Shown: piece by piece, positions 47,436 to 56,177 of the stretch
Numbering within the stretch: the stretch's first letter is position 1
How the letters are laid out: every line of letters starts with the position of its first letter
Assembly: GCA_041652995.1 (NCBI GenBank)
Contig: JBAZGO010000010.1
Location: 32,018-96,017 of the forward strand
Direction: 5' to 3'
DNA length: 64,000 nt
Source of the DNA: Prolixibacteraceae bacterium
Lineage (GTDB): Bacteria > Bacteroidota > Bacteroidia > Bacteroidales > Prolixibacteraceae
Translations under genes and position numbers: made by a program
The notes under the pieces: generated by a model
What the model was told of the DNA's origin: nothing
What the model saw: the letters and a program-made list of their open reading frames with translations, nothing else
The model's database searches: none

Positions 47436-50204
47436 TCAACCGGTCGATCCCAAAGCATTGGCAACCGCATTGATTGATTTCAGCAAAAGAATATTTTGCT
47501 GATCGGTTATTTCAAGGTTGGTCTGTTCTTTTTCGTTTCGCCAGCTTCGGAGCGCATTAACCTGCATCTGGTGCATAAGTTCGAGTGCCGCTGCCCTCAG
47601 TCGGGTGGAATAAAAGTGATTTTTTCGACGCTGCTCAAAAGGTTTTACAAGTAACTCTGCAAGCAGGTTTTTGGTCAGTTCATATTCCGATAAAATGAGG
47701 GGCAGAATATCGTTTTTGGATTGTTCATCATCAACCAGCGATGCGTAAAGCTTAATGATTTCAGGATCGGTTGCGGCAAGTCCTGAATCAACAGTCGTCA
47801 AAATATACCGCACAAGTGGGTGCGAGATTAACAGTTGTTTCAGGAGCGAATATTTTCGTGGTTGCTGTTCTTTAATCAGTTTCAGTGTGCTGCCAACTCC
47901 GTACCAGCTCGTAATGTTCACGCGGCTTTGTGTCCAGCTAAAAACCCACGGAATGGCGCGCAAATCTTCTAGCGTCCGTTGATTGGTCCGGCGCGACGGG
48001 CGCGACCCGATTTTACTCGTTTCGATGATATCAATCGGTGTGGCCTGTTCAAAAAAGCGAATAAAATTCGGATGGCGGGTCAGCGCGTTATACGTGTTAA
48101 AACTTTCGTGTGCCATAAACCCAACCAATTCAAACAATTCTGGATTGTGTTTATGTGTATTTAGCAAGGTATTCCGGAGTGTTCCTGAAGTTAACAACTC
48201 AATGTTGTAAGCCGCATTGACTTTGTTGGCATATTTTCGTTCGATGGTTTCACCCTGTTCGGTTAGGCGCAGCTTTCCGTGAAGCGATTCAGGAGGAAGA
48301 CTTTTTAAGAACCAGTGAGTTGGCCCGGCGCCGCGACTGATGCTTCCTCCTTTCCCATGGAAGAAACGAATATCAACGCCGTATTTTCGCCCAACTTTGG
48401 CTAATTCGTATTGCGCTTCGTACAAATGCCAGAGGCTCGACAAAATTCCGCCATCTTTGTTGCTGTCGCTGTATCCAATCATCACTTCGGCAACCGGATT
48501 TTTGTTGCCTTTTAACTTCATCTGGAATTTAAGTGTATTCTGCGTTACCGGATGAGCCAAAAATTCACTAAGAATTTCAGGCGCACGGTGCAAATCTTCA
48601 ATGGTTTCAAACAAGGGTACAACCGGAATCTGACAGGCTGGTCCGTTTGGAGTTTTTTCATATAAACCGGCTTCCCTGGCCAAAAGATAAACGGTAAACA
48701 GGTCGTCGACTTTGCGTGTCATACTTACGATCAATGATCCCAACGCATTTGGTCCGTGCTTCCTGACATGTGCCGAAAGAACTCCAAGGTAGCCCATTGC
48801 ATTGTTTGTTTCAGAAACATCGCCGGAATAGGTGTATGTGAATGGCCTGTAAATGCTGAGTTCGTTTAATAAAAAATCTTTATTTGGTGAGCCGTCACCG
48901 TTTATGGGATTTCCGGAACGATCGACATCTTCGAGTAAACCGATAAATGCTTTTTGATAGAAGGCGCTGTTTTGCCGCACGTCCAGATGAGCCAGGTGAA
49001 AGCCAAAATTCTGAACAAAGCGCGAAAATTTGTCAACTTCGTTTACAGCCAAAGTTGGTGCGCCCCAATCAGAAAGTGCCTGCATCAGCAAATCAATGTC
49101 GTTTAGCAATTGGTGCGAATTGGTGTAGGTCCAGTCTTCCTGCGTCAACAAGCTAATTCCGGTCAGTGGCTCCTGCCTGATGGGAAGTTTTTCGGCGAGT
49201 AAAAACACATATTGCTTAAACGGTTCGCGCGATGCAGCGGCAAACCTGGTATTTTCTGTAATTCCGGGAATTTGTTGCTGAAGTGTGCTTTTCCTTTCCA
49301 TAAACATAGCATTTTCAATGTTTCCTGAAGTGTAAATGCTCAGGCTGTCGGCAAGCAAAAGCAAATGTTGCCGAACAAGTGAAAGAGCTTCAGTGCGCAG
49401 CCGTACTAATGTGTATCGTGTGATTTCAGGAGTTACCAGCGGATGGCCGTCACGGTCGCCGCCGACCCAGGTGCCCAACGTTATTTTTGGCATGTTCCGG
49501 TAATTGTTTAAAACTTCAGGCTGAAAACCTGCTTCGCTCCATGCCTGGTGCAAAGTGCGGTCGTGAAGTTCAAAAACATCAGGAAAAACATTGGTCAGGT
49601 AATGCAAAACATTATCGAGTTCAGTTTCAACCTTTGGTTTTTCGAGGTAAATATCGTCGATAAACCACAACCTGGTTAGAATTTCTTTAATAACCGAGCG
49701 AATCTGGTCACGTTCGAGTACCGTGTACACCGGATTTTCGAGCTTAACCAGTTGCAAATACAATTCGCGGTAATACTTCAAAACAACTGTTCGCTTGGCT
49801 TCGGTCGGGTGTGCAGTCAATACGGGTTCGACCCCAATTTGCGAAAGCGCTTCCACGATTTCTTCCTGCGAAAATCCTGAATCTTTCAGTTCGGAAAATG
49901 TATGGGCCCAGCTTCCGTTTACGCTGTCGGCGCCTTGCTCCTGTTGTTTGTTGCGCCTGCTTTGAACGGCCCAGTTAACCTCGCAAAGGTTTAATAACTG
50001 AAAACTGATGGAATACAGATGAATGGTCTTTTGCTCGTATTTTTCTGTTGGAAAGGAAACCTTGGGACTCAACCACGGAATATACGTAATCAGTTCTTTT
50101 TCATTGTTTTCTTCCAATACTTCGGCCAGACATTCAAGCAAAAAGTGCAAATCGGAATAAGGCTTCCCGATTTCTTTGATGTTTTCAAGTAGTACAGGGT
50201 GCAT
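47436..50204 (-). CDS. ppc: Phosphoenolpyruvate carboxylase (bacterial type)
   Basis: VLTAHPTE, WVGGDRDGHP, LDVRQNS, PLFETIEDL, MIGYSDSNKDGG, FHGKGGSISRG, TEQGE, LRAIPWVFSWTQSR. Confidence 0.96.
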   Translation of the reverse strand: MHPVLLENIKEIGKPYSDLHFLLECLAEVLEENNEKELITYIPWLSPKVSFPTEKYEQKTIHLYSISFQLLNLCEVNWAVQSRRNKQQEQGADSVNGSWAHTFSELKDSGFSQEEIVEALSQIGVEPVLTAHPTEAKRTVVLKYYRELYLQLVKLENPVYTVLERDQIRSVIKEILTRLWFIDDIYLEKPKVETELDNVLHYLTNVFPDVFELHDRTLHQAWSEAGFQPEVLNNYRNMPKITLGTWVGGDRDGHPLVTPEITRYTLVRLRTEALSLVRQHLLLLADSLSIYTSGNIENAMFMERKSTLQQQIPGITENTRFAAASREPFKQYVFLLAEKLPIRQEPLTGISLLTQEDWTYTNSHQLLNDIDLLMQALSDWGAPTLAVNEVDKFSRFVQNFGFHLAHLDVRQNSAFYQKAFIGLLEDVDRSGNPINGDGSPNKDFLLNELSIYRPFTYTYSGDVSETNNAMGYLGVLSAHVRKHGPNALGSLIVSMTRKVDDLFTVYLLAREAGLYEKTPNGPACQIPVVPLFETIEDLHRAPEILSEFLAHPVTQNTLKFQMKLKGNKNPVAEVMIGYSDSNKDGGILSSLWHLYEAQYELAKVGRKYGVDIRFFHGKGGSISRGAGPTHWFLKSLPPESLHGKLRLTEQGETIERKYANKVNAAYNIELLTSGTLRNTLLNTHKHNPELFELVGFMAHESFNTYNALTRHPNFIRFFEQATPIDIIETSKIGSRPSRRTNQRTLEDLRAIPWVFSWTQSRVNITSWYGVGSTLKLIKEQQPRKYSLLKQLLISHPLVRYILTTVDSGLAATDPEIIKLYASLVDDEQSKNDILPLILSEYELTKNLLAELLVKPFEQRRKNHFYSTRLRAAALELMHQMQVNALRSWRNEKEQTNLEITDQQNILLLKSINAVANALGSTG

Positions 50205-50351
50205 TTTGTTTTGTTTTGCTTTTAAACACCTTTAGCAGAATTATTGTTGTGCGAAACAATCTAAACCGACACTTCAAGAAAACAAAAAAGCCGTCAACCT
50301 TCAGGCTAACAGCTTTTAAAATGGGATAGTTTTTATTGAAAAATTGACTTT

Positions 50352-50852
50352 CTATTTCAGTGAAGCCAAAGCTGCATCGTAATTTGGTTCGTCAACAATT
50401 TCAGGAACTTGCTGTGTGTAAATAACCGTGTGATTTTCGTCGAGTACTACAACCGATCGTGAACAAAGGTTTGCCAATGGGCCGGTGGTAATCATTAACT
50501 GATAATCTTTTGCAAATTGTCCGCTTACAAAATCCGAAAGTGTAATGGCGTTGGCAATACCTTCGGTTCCGCAGAAACGAGCCTGTGCAAAAGGTAAATC
50601 ACGCGAAATACACAGCACTTTTGTGTTTTCAAGATTAGCAGCTTCTTTATTGAAATGACGAACAGAAGCAGCGCAGGTTCCGGTATCCAGACTTGGGAAA
50701 ATATTGAGAACCAGTCGCTGTCCGGCGAAATCTTTCAGCGAAACTTTCGACAAATCGTTTTTTACCAATTCAAAATCGGGAGCGCTTGTTCCTTTTGCAG
50801 GCAGTTCGCCCAAGGTTTGAATTGCGTTTCCCTTCAATGTAATTTGTGCCAT
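50352..50852 (-). CDS. tpx: Thiol peroxidase Tpx
   Basis: NIFPSLDTGTCA.SVR.FN, ISRDLPFAQARFCG, RSVVV. Confidence 0.96.
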   Translation of the reverse strand: MAQITLKGNAIQTLGELPAKGTSAPDFELVKNDLSKVSLKDFAGQRLVLNIFPSLDTGTCAASVRHFNKEAANLENTKVLCISRDLPFAQARFCGTEGIANAITLSDFVSGQFAKDYQLMITTGPLANLCSRSVVVLDENHTVIYTQQVPEIVDEPNYDAALASLK

Positions 50853-50907
50853 GTTAAAATGTTTTTTAATGAAGATTTGATTTTTTCTTCTTAAAACAGC
50901 TTCAGGC

Positions 50908-51762
50908 TTAAAAATGTTTTACCGTGCTGCCAGTAATTCTTTCGAGCAGGTTGTTGGCCAGCCTGCTTGCTCCAATCCTGAAAAGTTCCGGTGTCAGCCA
51001 CTCAGAACCCAGTATTTCCTGGACAATAGTGAGATAAAGGATGGCATCTTCCGGAGTTACAATTCCCCCGGCAGGTTTGAACCCAACTCTTTCACCGGTT
51101 TCCTCAAAATGTTGCTTGATGGCCAGGCACATCACAAAGGCAGCTTCGGGCGAGGCGGCCTGCAGAAGTTTTCCGGTTGAAGTCTTGATGAAATCGGCGC
51201 CAGCGCTGATCGCCAAAATAGAGGCCTGCCAGATTTGATCGACATTCAGTACTCCGGTTTCCAGAATTACTTTCAAATGTGCATCACCAATGGCTTTTTT
51301 TATATCTGAAATTTCTTTTGCGCAGGTTTCGAAATGACCTTCAAGAAATGCCCATAGCGGCAAAACGATGTCAATTTCATTTGCTCCGGCTACAACAGCC
51401 AGGTGTGCTTCTTCAATTTTAATTTTTGTAAATGTCATCGACGATGGAAAACCTCCGGCAACCGCTGCAATTTTAACATCCGGAACTTTCAGCGTATTTT
51501 TCACGGTGTGCGCCATATTCGGGTAAACACAGATGGCGGCCACGTTGGGTATTCCTGAAAAAATCTCCGGAAATTGGTTCACTTTTTCGGTAAAGGCAGT
51601 CACCGAACTGATGGTGTCTGTTGAATTCAGGGTGGTCAGATCGATGCACGAAAGCGCTTTTTTGAGCATTTCTTTCGAGCTGTTTTTGGCAGCTATTTCG
51701 CGGATTCCTTCCAGTTCAGATTGAATATCTTCGATGGATAAAGGGCAGGTTTCGAGGATCAT
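50908..51762 (-). CDS. deoC: Deoxyribose-phosphate aldolase
   Basis: IDLTTL, GANEIDIV, LKVILETG, DFIKTSTG, GFKPAGG, FRIGAS. Confidence 0.95.
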   Translation of the reverse strand: MILETCPLSIEDIQSELEGIREIAAKNSSKEMLKKALSCIDLTTLNSTDTISSVTAFTEKVNQFPEIFSGIPNVAAICVYPNMAHTVKNTLKVPDVKIAAVAGGFPSSMTFTKIKIEEAHLAVVAGANEIDIVLPLWAFLEGHFETCAKEISDIKKAIGDAHLKVILETGVLNVDQIWQASILAISAGADFIKTSTGKLLQAASPEAAFVMCLAIKQHFEETGERVGFKPAGGIVTPEDAILYLTIVQEILGSEWLTPELFRIGASRLANNLLERITGSTVKHF

Positions 51763-51845
51763 GGTATAAGTTTTTAATTGTTATCCGATTTGTTTGTTGC
51801 GGGATGCGCGTTTCGGGAAAACCCGCAACACGCATCGCGTAAGGT

Positions 51846-52187
51846 TTATTTCAATTTTTCATTGTTCAGATGGCGTTCCCCGTCCCGGCTGGTTTTCTTC
51901 TCCATGTTTTTCAGGAAAGCATCGTTCAAATCGACCCCGGTTTGATTGGCCAGGCAGATCAGTACCCAAAGCACGTCGGCCATTTCATCTCCAAGGTCTT
52001 TGCCTTCGTCCGATTTCTTGAATGACTGGTCACCGTAAGTTCTCGCCAGTATTCTCGCCAGTTCGCCGACCTCTTCAGTCAGAATTGCCATGTTGGTTAG
52101 CTCGCTAAAATAGCGAACGCCGATGGTTTTGATCCATTTGTCAACCATTTGCTGGGCTTCAGGAAGTGTGATTTCGGTTGAGTTCAT
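51846..52187 (-). CDS. MazG-like nucleotide pyrophosphohydrolase
   Basis: LTEEVGELAR...DEMADVLWVL..LANQTG; ATG 52187. Confidence 0.9.
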   Translation of the reverse strand: MNSTEITLPEAQQMVDKWIKTIGVRYFSELTNMAILTEEVGELARILARTYGDQSFKKSDEGKDLGDEMADVLWVLICLANQTGVDLNDAFLKNMEKKTSRDGERHLNNEKLK

Positions 52188-52219
52188 GCTTTGCGAATTA
52201 AATTTCAAAAGTTTAATTG

Positions 52220-52316
52220 GTCAATAATAGTCATTCAATTGTCATATATAGTCATTTGTTGCAAAAATGCTTCGACACAAAAAATGACCAAATGACGATC
52301 AATGACCACAAATGAC
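52220..52316. repeat. Imperfect palindrome with helically phased GTCA/TGAC units
   Basis: GTCA at 52220, 52230, 52241, 52251; TGAC at 52285, 52293, 52303, 52313; begins at the dtd stop. Confidence 0.7.
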
Positions 52317-52771
52317 TAAAAGTCTCGGTTTTTTGAATCCAAAATAATTGTCACTGGGCCGTCGTTGATCAGCGAAACGTCCATGTGGGCGCCAAAAATG
52401 CCGGTTCCGACTGGTCTTCCAAGTGTTTTGCTGAATTCGGAAACCAACTGTTCGTAAAGAGGGATCGCAGTTTCAGGCCTGGCAGCACGGATATACGATG
52501 GCCGGTTTCCTTTTTTTGTACTGGCATGCAGGGTAAACTGGCTCACCACAATCATTTCGCCGTCAACATCCTGAACAGAAAGATTCATCACACCTTCAGA
52601 ATTGTTAAAAATCCGCAGTTGGCAAACTTTTTTTACCAGCCAGTCAATGTCCTCAGTCGTATCAGCATCCTCAATTCCGGCCAAAATTAAAAGTCCGGTT
52701 CCTATTTCAGAAACAATTGAATCACCTACTTTTACAGATGCCGACCTTGCCCGTTGAATGACCAGTCTCAT
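52316..52771 (-). CDS. dtd: D-aminoacyl-tRNA deacylase
   Basis: MRLVIQR, LRIF, VSQFTL, GNRPSY, FGAHM.V...NDGPVT. Confidence 0.96.
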   Translation of the reverse strand: MRLVIQRARSASVKVGDSIVSEIGTGLLILAGIEDADTTEDIDWLVKKVCQLRIFNNSEGVMNLSVQDVDGEMIVVSQFTLHASTKKGNRPSYIRAARPETAIPLYEQLVSEFSKTLGRPVGTGIFGAHMDVSLINDGPVTIILDSKNRDF

Positions 52772-52787
52772 TCCGATTATTTTTAGG

Positions 52788-52795
52788 CAAACTTA
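52788..52795 (-). promoter_or_regulatory. -7 promoter element for dtd-mazG-deoC
   Basis: Minus strand TAAGTTTG, 16 nt before the ATG. Confidence 0.55.
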
Positions 52796-52836
52796 TAAAA
52801 AAACAAATGGGATACATTCGATTATCAGGAAATTTA

Positions 52837-52944
52837 GAACCACATTAGACACATAGGTCATATAGAAATATGAAAACACCTGGTTAATTGAGAAAATTTT
52901 TAGATGAACAAAATACCGATGTGTTCTATGTGCCTATGTGGTTC
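52837..52944. repeat. Inverted repeat with CACATAG sub-units
   Basis: Left arm GAACCACATTAGACACATAGGTCATATAGAA (52837-52867); the right arm reverse-complements to GAACCACATAGGCACATAGAACAC (52921-52944). Confidence 0.7.
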
Positions 52945-52964
52945 AGATTTGGTTCAACATTTCT

Positions 52965-52972
52965 TACTTTTG
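52965..52972 (+). promoter_or_regulatory. -7 promoter element for lplA
   Basis: TACTTTTG, 5 nt before ATG 52978. Confidence 0.55.
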
Positions 52973-52977
52973 CCTGC

Positions 52978-53961
52978 ATGATCACATTTTGCATCAATCA
53001 ACCGAATATCGATCCATATCTTAACCTGGCTGCTGAAGAGTATTTCCTGAAGAATTTTAAGGAAGATTTTTTCATGCTTTGGCGAAGTAAGCCTTCAGTT
53101 GTTGTGGGTAAACACCAGAATGCGCTGTCGGAAATTAACCATGAGTTCGTGCAGAAAAATAATATTCCGGTTGCACGGCGACTTTCGGGTGGTGGAACTG
53201 TTTTTCACGATCCGGGGAATGTGAATTTTACCTTTATCCGGAATGTAGTGAATATTTCGGAAGTTAATTTTAAGGTTTTTACTGTTCCGGTGGTTAGAGC
53301 TCTGAAAAAGCTTGGTGTTGAGGTTTACACAACAGGCCGGAATGATTTACTGATCGATGGCAAAAAAATATCCGGAAATGCGGAACATGTGCATCGGAAT
53401 CGGGTGTTACATCATGGAACATTGCTTTTCGACAGTCATCTCGAAGCCCTGAAGGGAGCGCTAAAAGTTGATCTTTCAAAGTTCGAAGACAAAGCAGTGC
53501 AGAGCAACCGCAGCGAAGTGACCAATATTGCCAACTATCTGCCACAATCTATTTCAGTTGAAGAATTTACCAGTTTTCTTTTCGACGAGATCAGCCAAAG
53601 TTTACCGGAATTTCAGGTTTATGAGTTAAATAAGAAAGACTTAGAAGCCATTGGAAAACTCTCGGAGGAAAAATACAAAACATGGGATTGGATTTTTGGT
53701 TATTCGCCCAAATACCGGTTTACCAATAAACAGGTAACACAATCTGGCGAAGTTCAAGTCAGTCTTTTGATTGAAAAAGGAAAATTGACTGAAGTTTCAG
53801 TTCTGGGAGCTATTCCGGAGAAATTAAGCCAACAGATTGAAAAAGATTTAGTTGGTTGCCGACACGATTTCGAGTCGGTAACGACAAGGCTCTTGGTTTT
53901 GGAAAAACAACTTCAGGAAACCGGGTTGTCTGCCAATAATTTTTCTGGTCTGTTTTTTTGA
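52978..53961 (+). CDS. lplA: Lipoate-protein ligase A
   Basis: DPYLNLAAEEY, VGKHQN, RRLSGGGTVFHD.GN, RNDL..DGKKISGNA, HHGTLLF. Confidence 0.94.
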   Translation: MITFCINQPNIDPYLNLAAEEYFLKNFKEDFFMLWRSKPSVVVGKHQNALSEINHEFVQKNNIPVARRLSGGGTVFHDPGNVNFTFIRNVVNISEVNFKVFTVPVVRALKKLGVEVYTTGRNDLLIDGKKISGNAEHVHRNRVLHHGTLLFDSHLEALKGALKVDLSKFEDKAVQSNRSEVTNIANYLPQSISVEEFTSFLFDEISQSLPEFQVYELNKKDLEAIGKLSEEKYKTWDWIFGYSPKYRFTNKQVTQSGEVQVSLLIEKGKLTEVSVLGAIPEKLSQQIEKDLVGCRHDFESVTTRLLVLEKQLQETGLSANNFSGLFF

Positions 53962-54298
53962 TTGCTTTCATAGTTGAATTCGGTAGCTAAATTTATAAGT
54001 ACTTCCGGAAGGTCCATTTTTCATGATTTTTACTGAATATCATGAAAAATTTTATGTTTTGTTTAAAAGAATTGAATTACATTTATGGACGCAAAACATT
54101 ACGTTTGGTCGTTTATTCTCCCCCATTCTTTCTAAGTTTTGCTGTAATTCTTGTTGGACTACCGACTCTCAGTCGGGCCCTTCAAATTGGTATTTCATAC
54201 AATTATTCGCTTGTCGGAAAATCTGCTGATGAGCACTCAATCAGCCTGAATTATTCCGTTTATGTGTTTGCCAGGTACAATTTTTAAAATCCAGAATC

Positions 54299-54574
54299 AT
54301 GCGATATACTGTTTATTTCCTGATCATGCTGCTGTTCGTTGTTGGATCGTGCAAAAACGAAGACGAATCAAAGGGATTTCCCAGTATCACAACCTTAAGC
54401 GCTTTGGAAATCACAACAGACTGGGTGGTGGTAAAAGTAGAAATTCTGATGGACAATCAGGTTGAAATTGAAGACCACGGATTTGTATATTCTCCGATTG
54501 ATGATGGCAATGAAGAAAGTTACGACCGTGTTTCACTGGAGCCACTTACCTCTCGGTTATCGTTTTCGATTTGA
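54299..54574 (+). pseudogene. Truncated lipoprotein fragment (start of an FN3-like domain)
   Basis: Lipobox VVGSC, then P.ITTL...IT...V..EIL....EI.DHGFVYS; stops after 91 aa with no continuation in other frames. Confidence 0.45.
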
Positions 54575-54659
54575 GCCGTAATTTTGAGTTGACTTGAATT
54601 GAAAATTTGATTATATTTAATACATCTTTCTAAAAAAAAAACTAAAACCAGAGATCACT

Positions 54660-55952
54660 ATGAAAAAGTGTATTGTTCTTATCGCGTTATTTTTGGGAAT
54701 TGTTATACTCCCAAATTTCCTGAATGCACAAATCAATCTGAAAGACAAAATTAAAAGTCAGTCAAACAATCGGGCTAATAGCAAGGTTGATCAAGGCATT
54801 GACCAAGGGCTTGATGCTGTTGAAAGTGGAGTAAAAGATCTGTTCAAAGAGAAAAAGAAAACAGAAGAAGAGGAACAACCAGAAGAACAAGCCGCCGAAG
54901 AACAAAAACCTGATACGCAGGATGTTAAACCTGCAAAAGATACCAAACCATCTCTTCAGTCTTACTCCAAATACGACTTTGTGCCTGGTGAAAAGGTTAT
55001 TTTCTACGATGATTTTGCCGAATCAGCGGTCGGAGATTTTCCTTCTGCATGGAATACCAACGCTTCGGGTGAAGTGGTTACCACCAATCTTTATCCCGGA
55101 AATTGGTTTAAGATGTTGGGCGAAGGTTGTATTGCGCTTGATGAAGGAATTAAGTTGCCAGAAAATTACACGATTGAATATGATGTAATTACTTTTCCGA
55201 AGGAAGAAGATAATACTGCTTTCGAATTTGGATTTTATCTCTATAGTGCCGAAAATCCGAAAGACCTGAACGAAGGAGGTGCTGTTCCCGGCTTAAATGG
55301 AGGCGTCAAAATGAGTTTTGGTTATCGGGGAACTTACAGTGCGTATGACGAAACCGGGTACACCTTGGATGGGACTAAAGATGAAGCAACAATGGAAGCT
55401 GGTAAAAAATACCGTCTTTCATTTTGGGTACAAAAAACTAGGCTTAGGGTTTATCTCGATCAGGTAAAGATTTTTGATTTGCCTAAAGTCTTTAAGGCCG
55501 GGTTTAAATGCAATCAGATGCGATTTGAACTCTGGGAGTCCGGTAATCCGATGATCACTAATTTCCGGATTGCTGCCGGACAACCAGATACACGCAACAA
55601 ACTCCTTACAGAAGGCAAACTGGTTACTTATGGCATCTATTTCGATGTAAATAAAGACGTGGTAAAACCTGAATCGTATGGCACGCTCAAAGAAATTGCG
55701 GGTATTTTAAACGAAGTTCCCGATGTAAAGGTCAAAATATTCGGGCATACCGATGCCGATGGAGAGGATGCTAAAAACATGGACTTGTCGAAACGCAGAG
55801 CAGCGTCAGTTAAAGCCGAATTGGCCAAATCGTTTGGTGTAAATCCTGATAGGCTTGAAACCGATGGCCTGGGCGAAACAAAGCCTGTTGCTCCAAACGA
55901 TACTCCTGTGAATAAAGCTCTGAACCGAAGGGTTGAATTCATCAAATTGTAG
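54660..55952 (+). CDS. OmpA-family peptidoglycan-binding protein (paralogue 1)
   Basis: Signal peptide; KYDFVPGEKVIFYDDF..GDFP..W; C-terminal OmpA domain GHTD...N..LS..RA..V...NRRVEF. Confidence 0.9.
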   Translation: MKKCIVLIALFLGIVILPNFLNAQINLKDKIKSQSNNRANSKVDQGIDQGLDAVESGVKDLFKEKKKTEEEEQPEEQAAEEQKPDTQDVKPAKDTKPSLQSYSKYDFVPGEKVIFYDDFAESAVGDFPSAWNTNASGEVVTTNLYPGNWFKMLGEGCIALDEGIKLPENYTIEYDVITFPKEEDNTAFEFGFYLYSAENPKDLNEGGAVPGLNGGVKMSFGYRGTYSAYDETGYTLDGTKDEATMEAGKKYRLSFWVQKTRLRVYLDQVKIFDLPKVFKAGFKCNQMRFELWESGNPMITNFRIAAGQPDTRNKLLTEGKLVTYGIYFDVNKDVVKPESYGTLKEIAGILNEVPDVKVKIFGHTDADGEDAKNMDLSKRRAASVKAELAKSFGVNPDRLETDGLGETKPVAPNDTPVNKALNRRVEFIKL

Positions 55953-56177
55953 TTTGGCTGATTTCCAGCATATTAAACCTGTTTGCCTGAAACCTCATTT
56001 TATCAAAAAAGCGATACAAATTGTTGGGATTTTCAGGAAAAATTTAGAAGAAATAAGCCGGGAATATTGCTTTTTGAACTTCTCGAGATGATTATTCTTT
56101 CAACCAAGGATTATTCAATTTAGTAGAATTATTTCTTTGGATATCAGTATATTATTGTGAACAAAAAAACCAATACG

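Noticed and set aside
54042-54287. 81-aa ORF as an intact gene
   Set aside because: It contains a -7 promoter-like TACGTTTG near 54102, has no signal peptide or domain, and at most its tail is a remnant.
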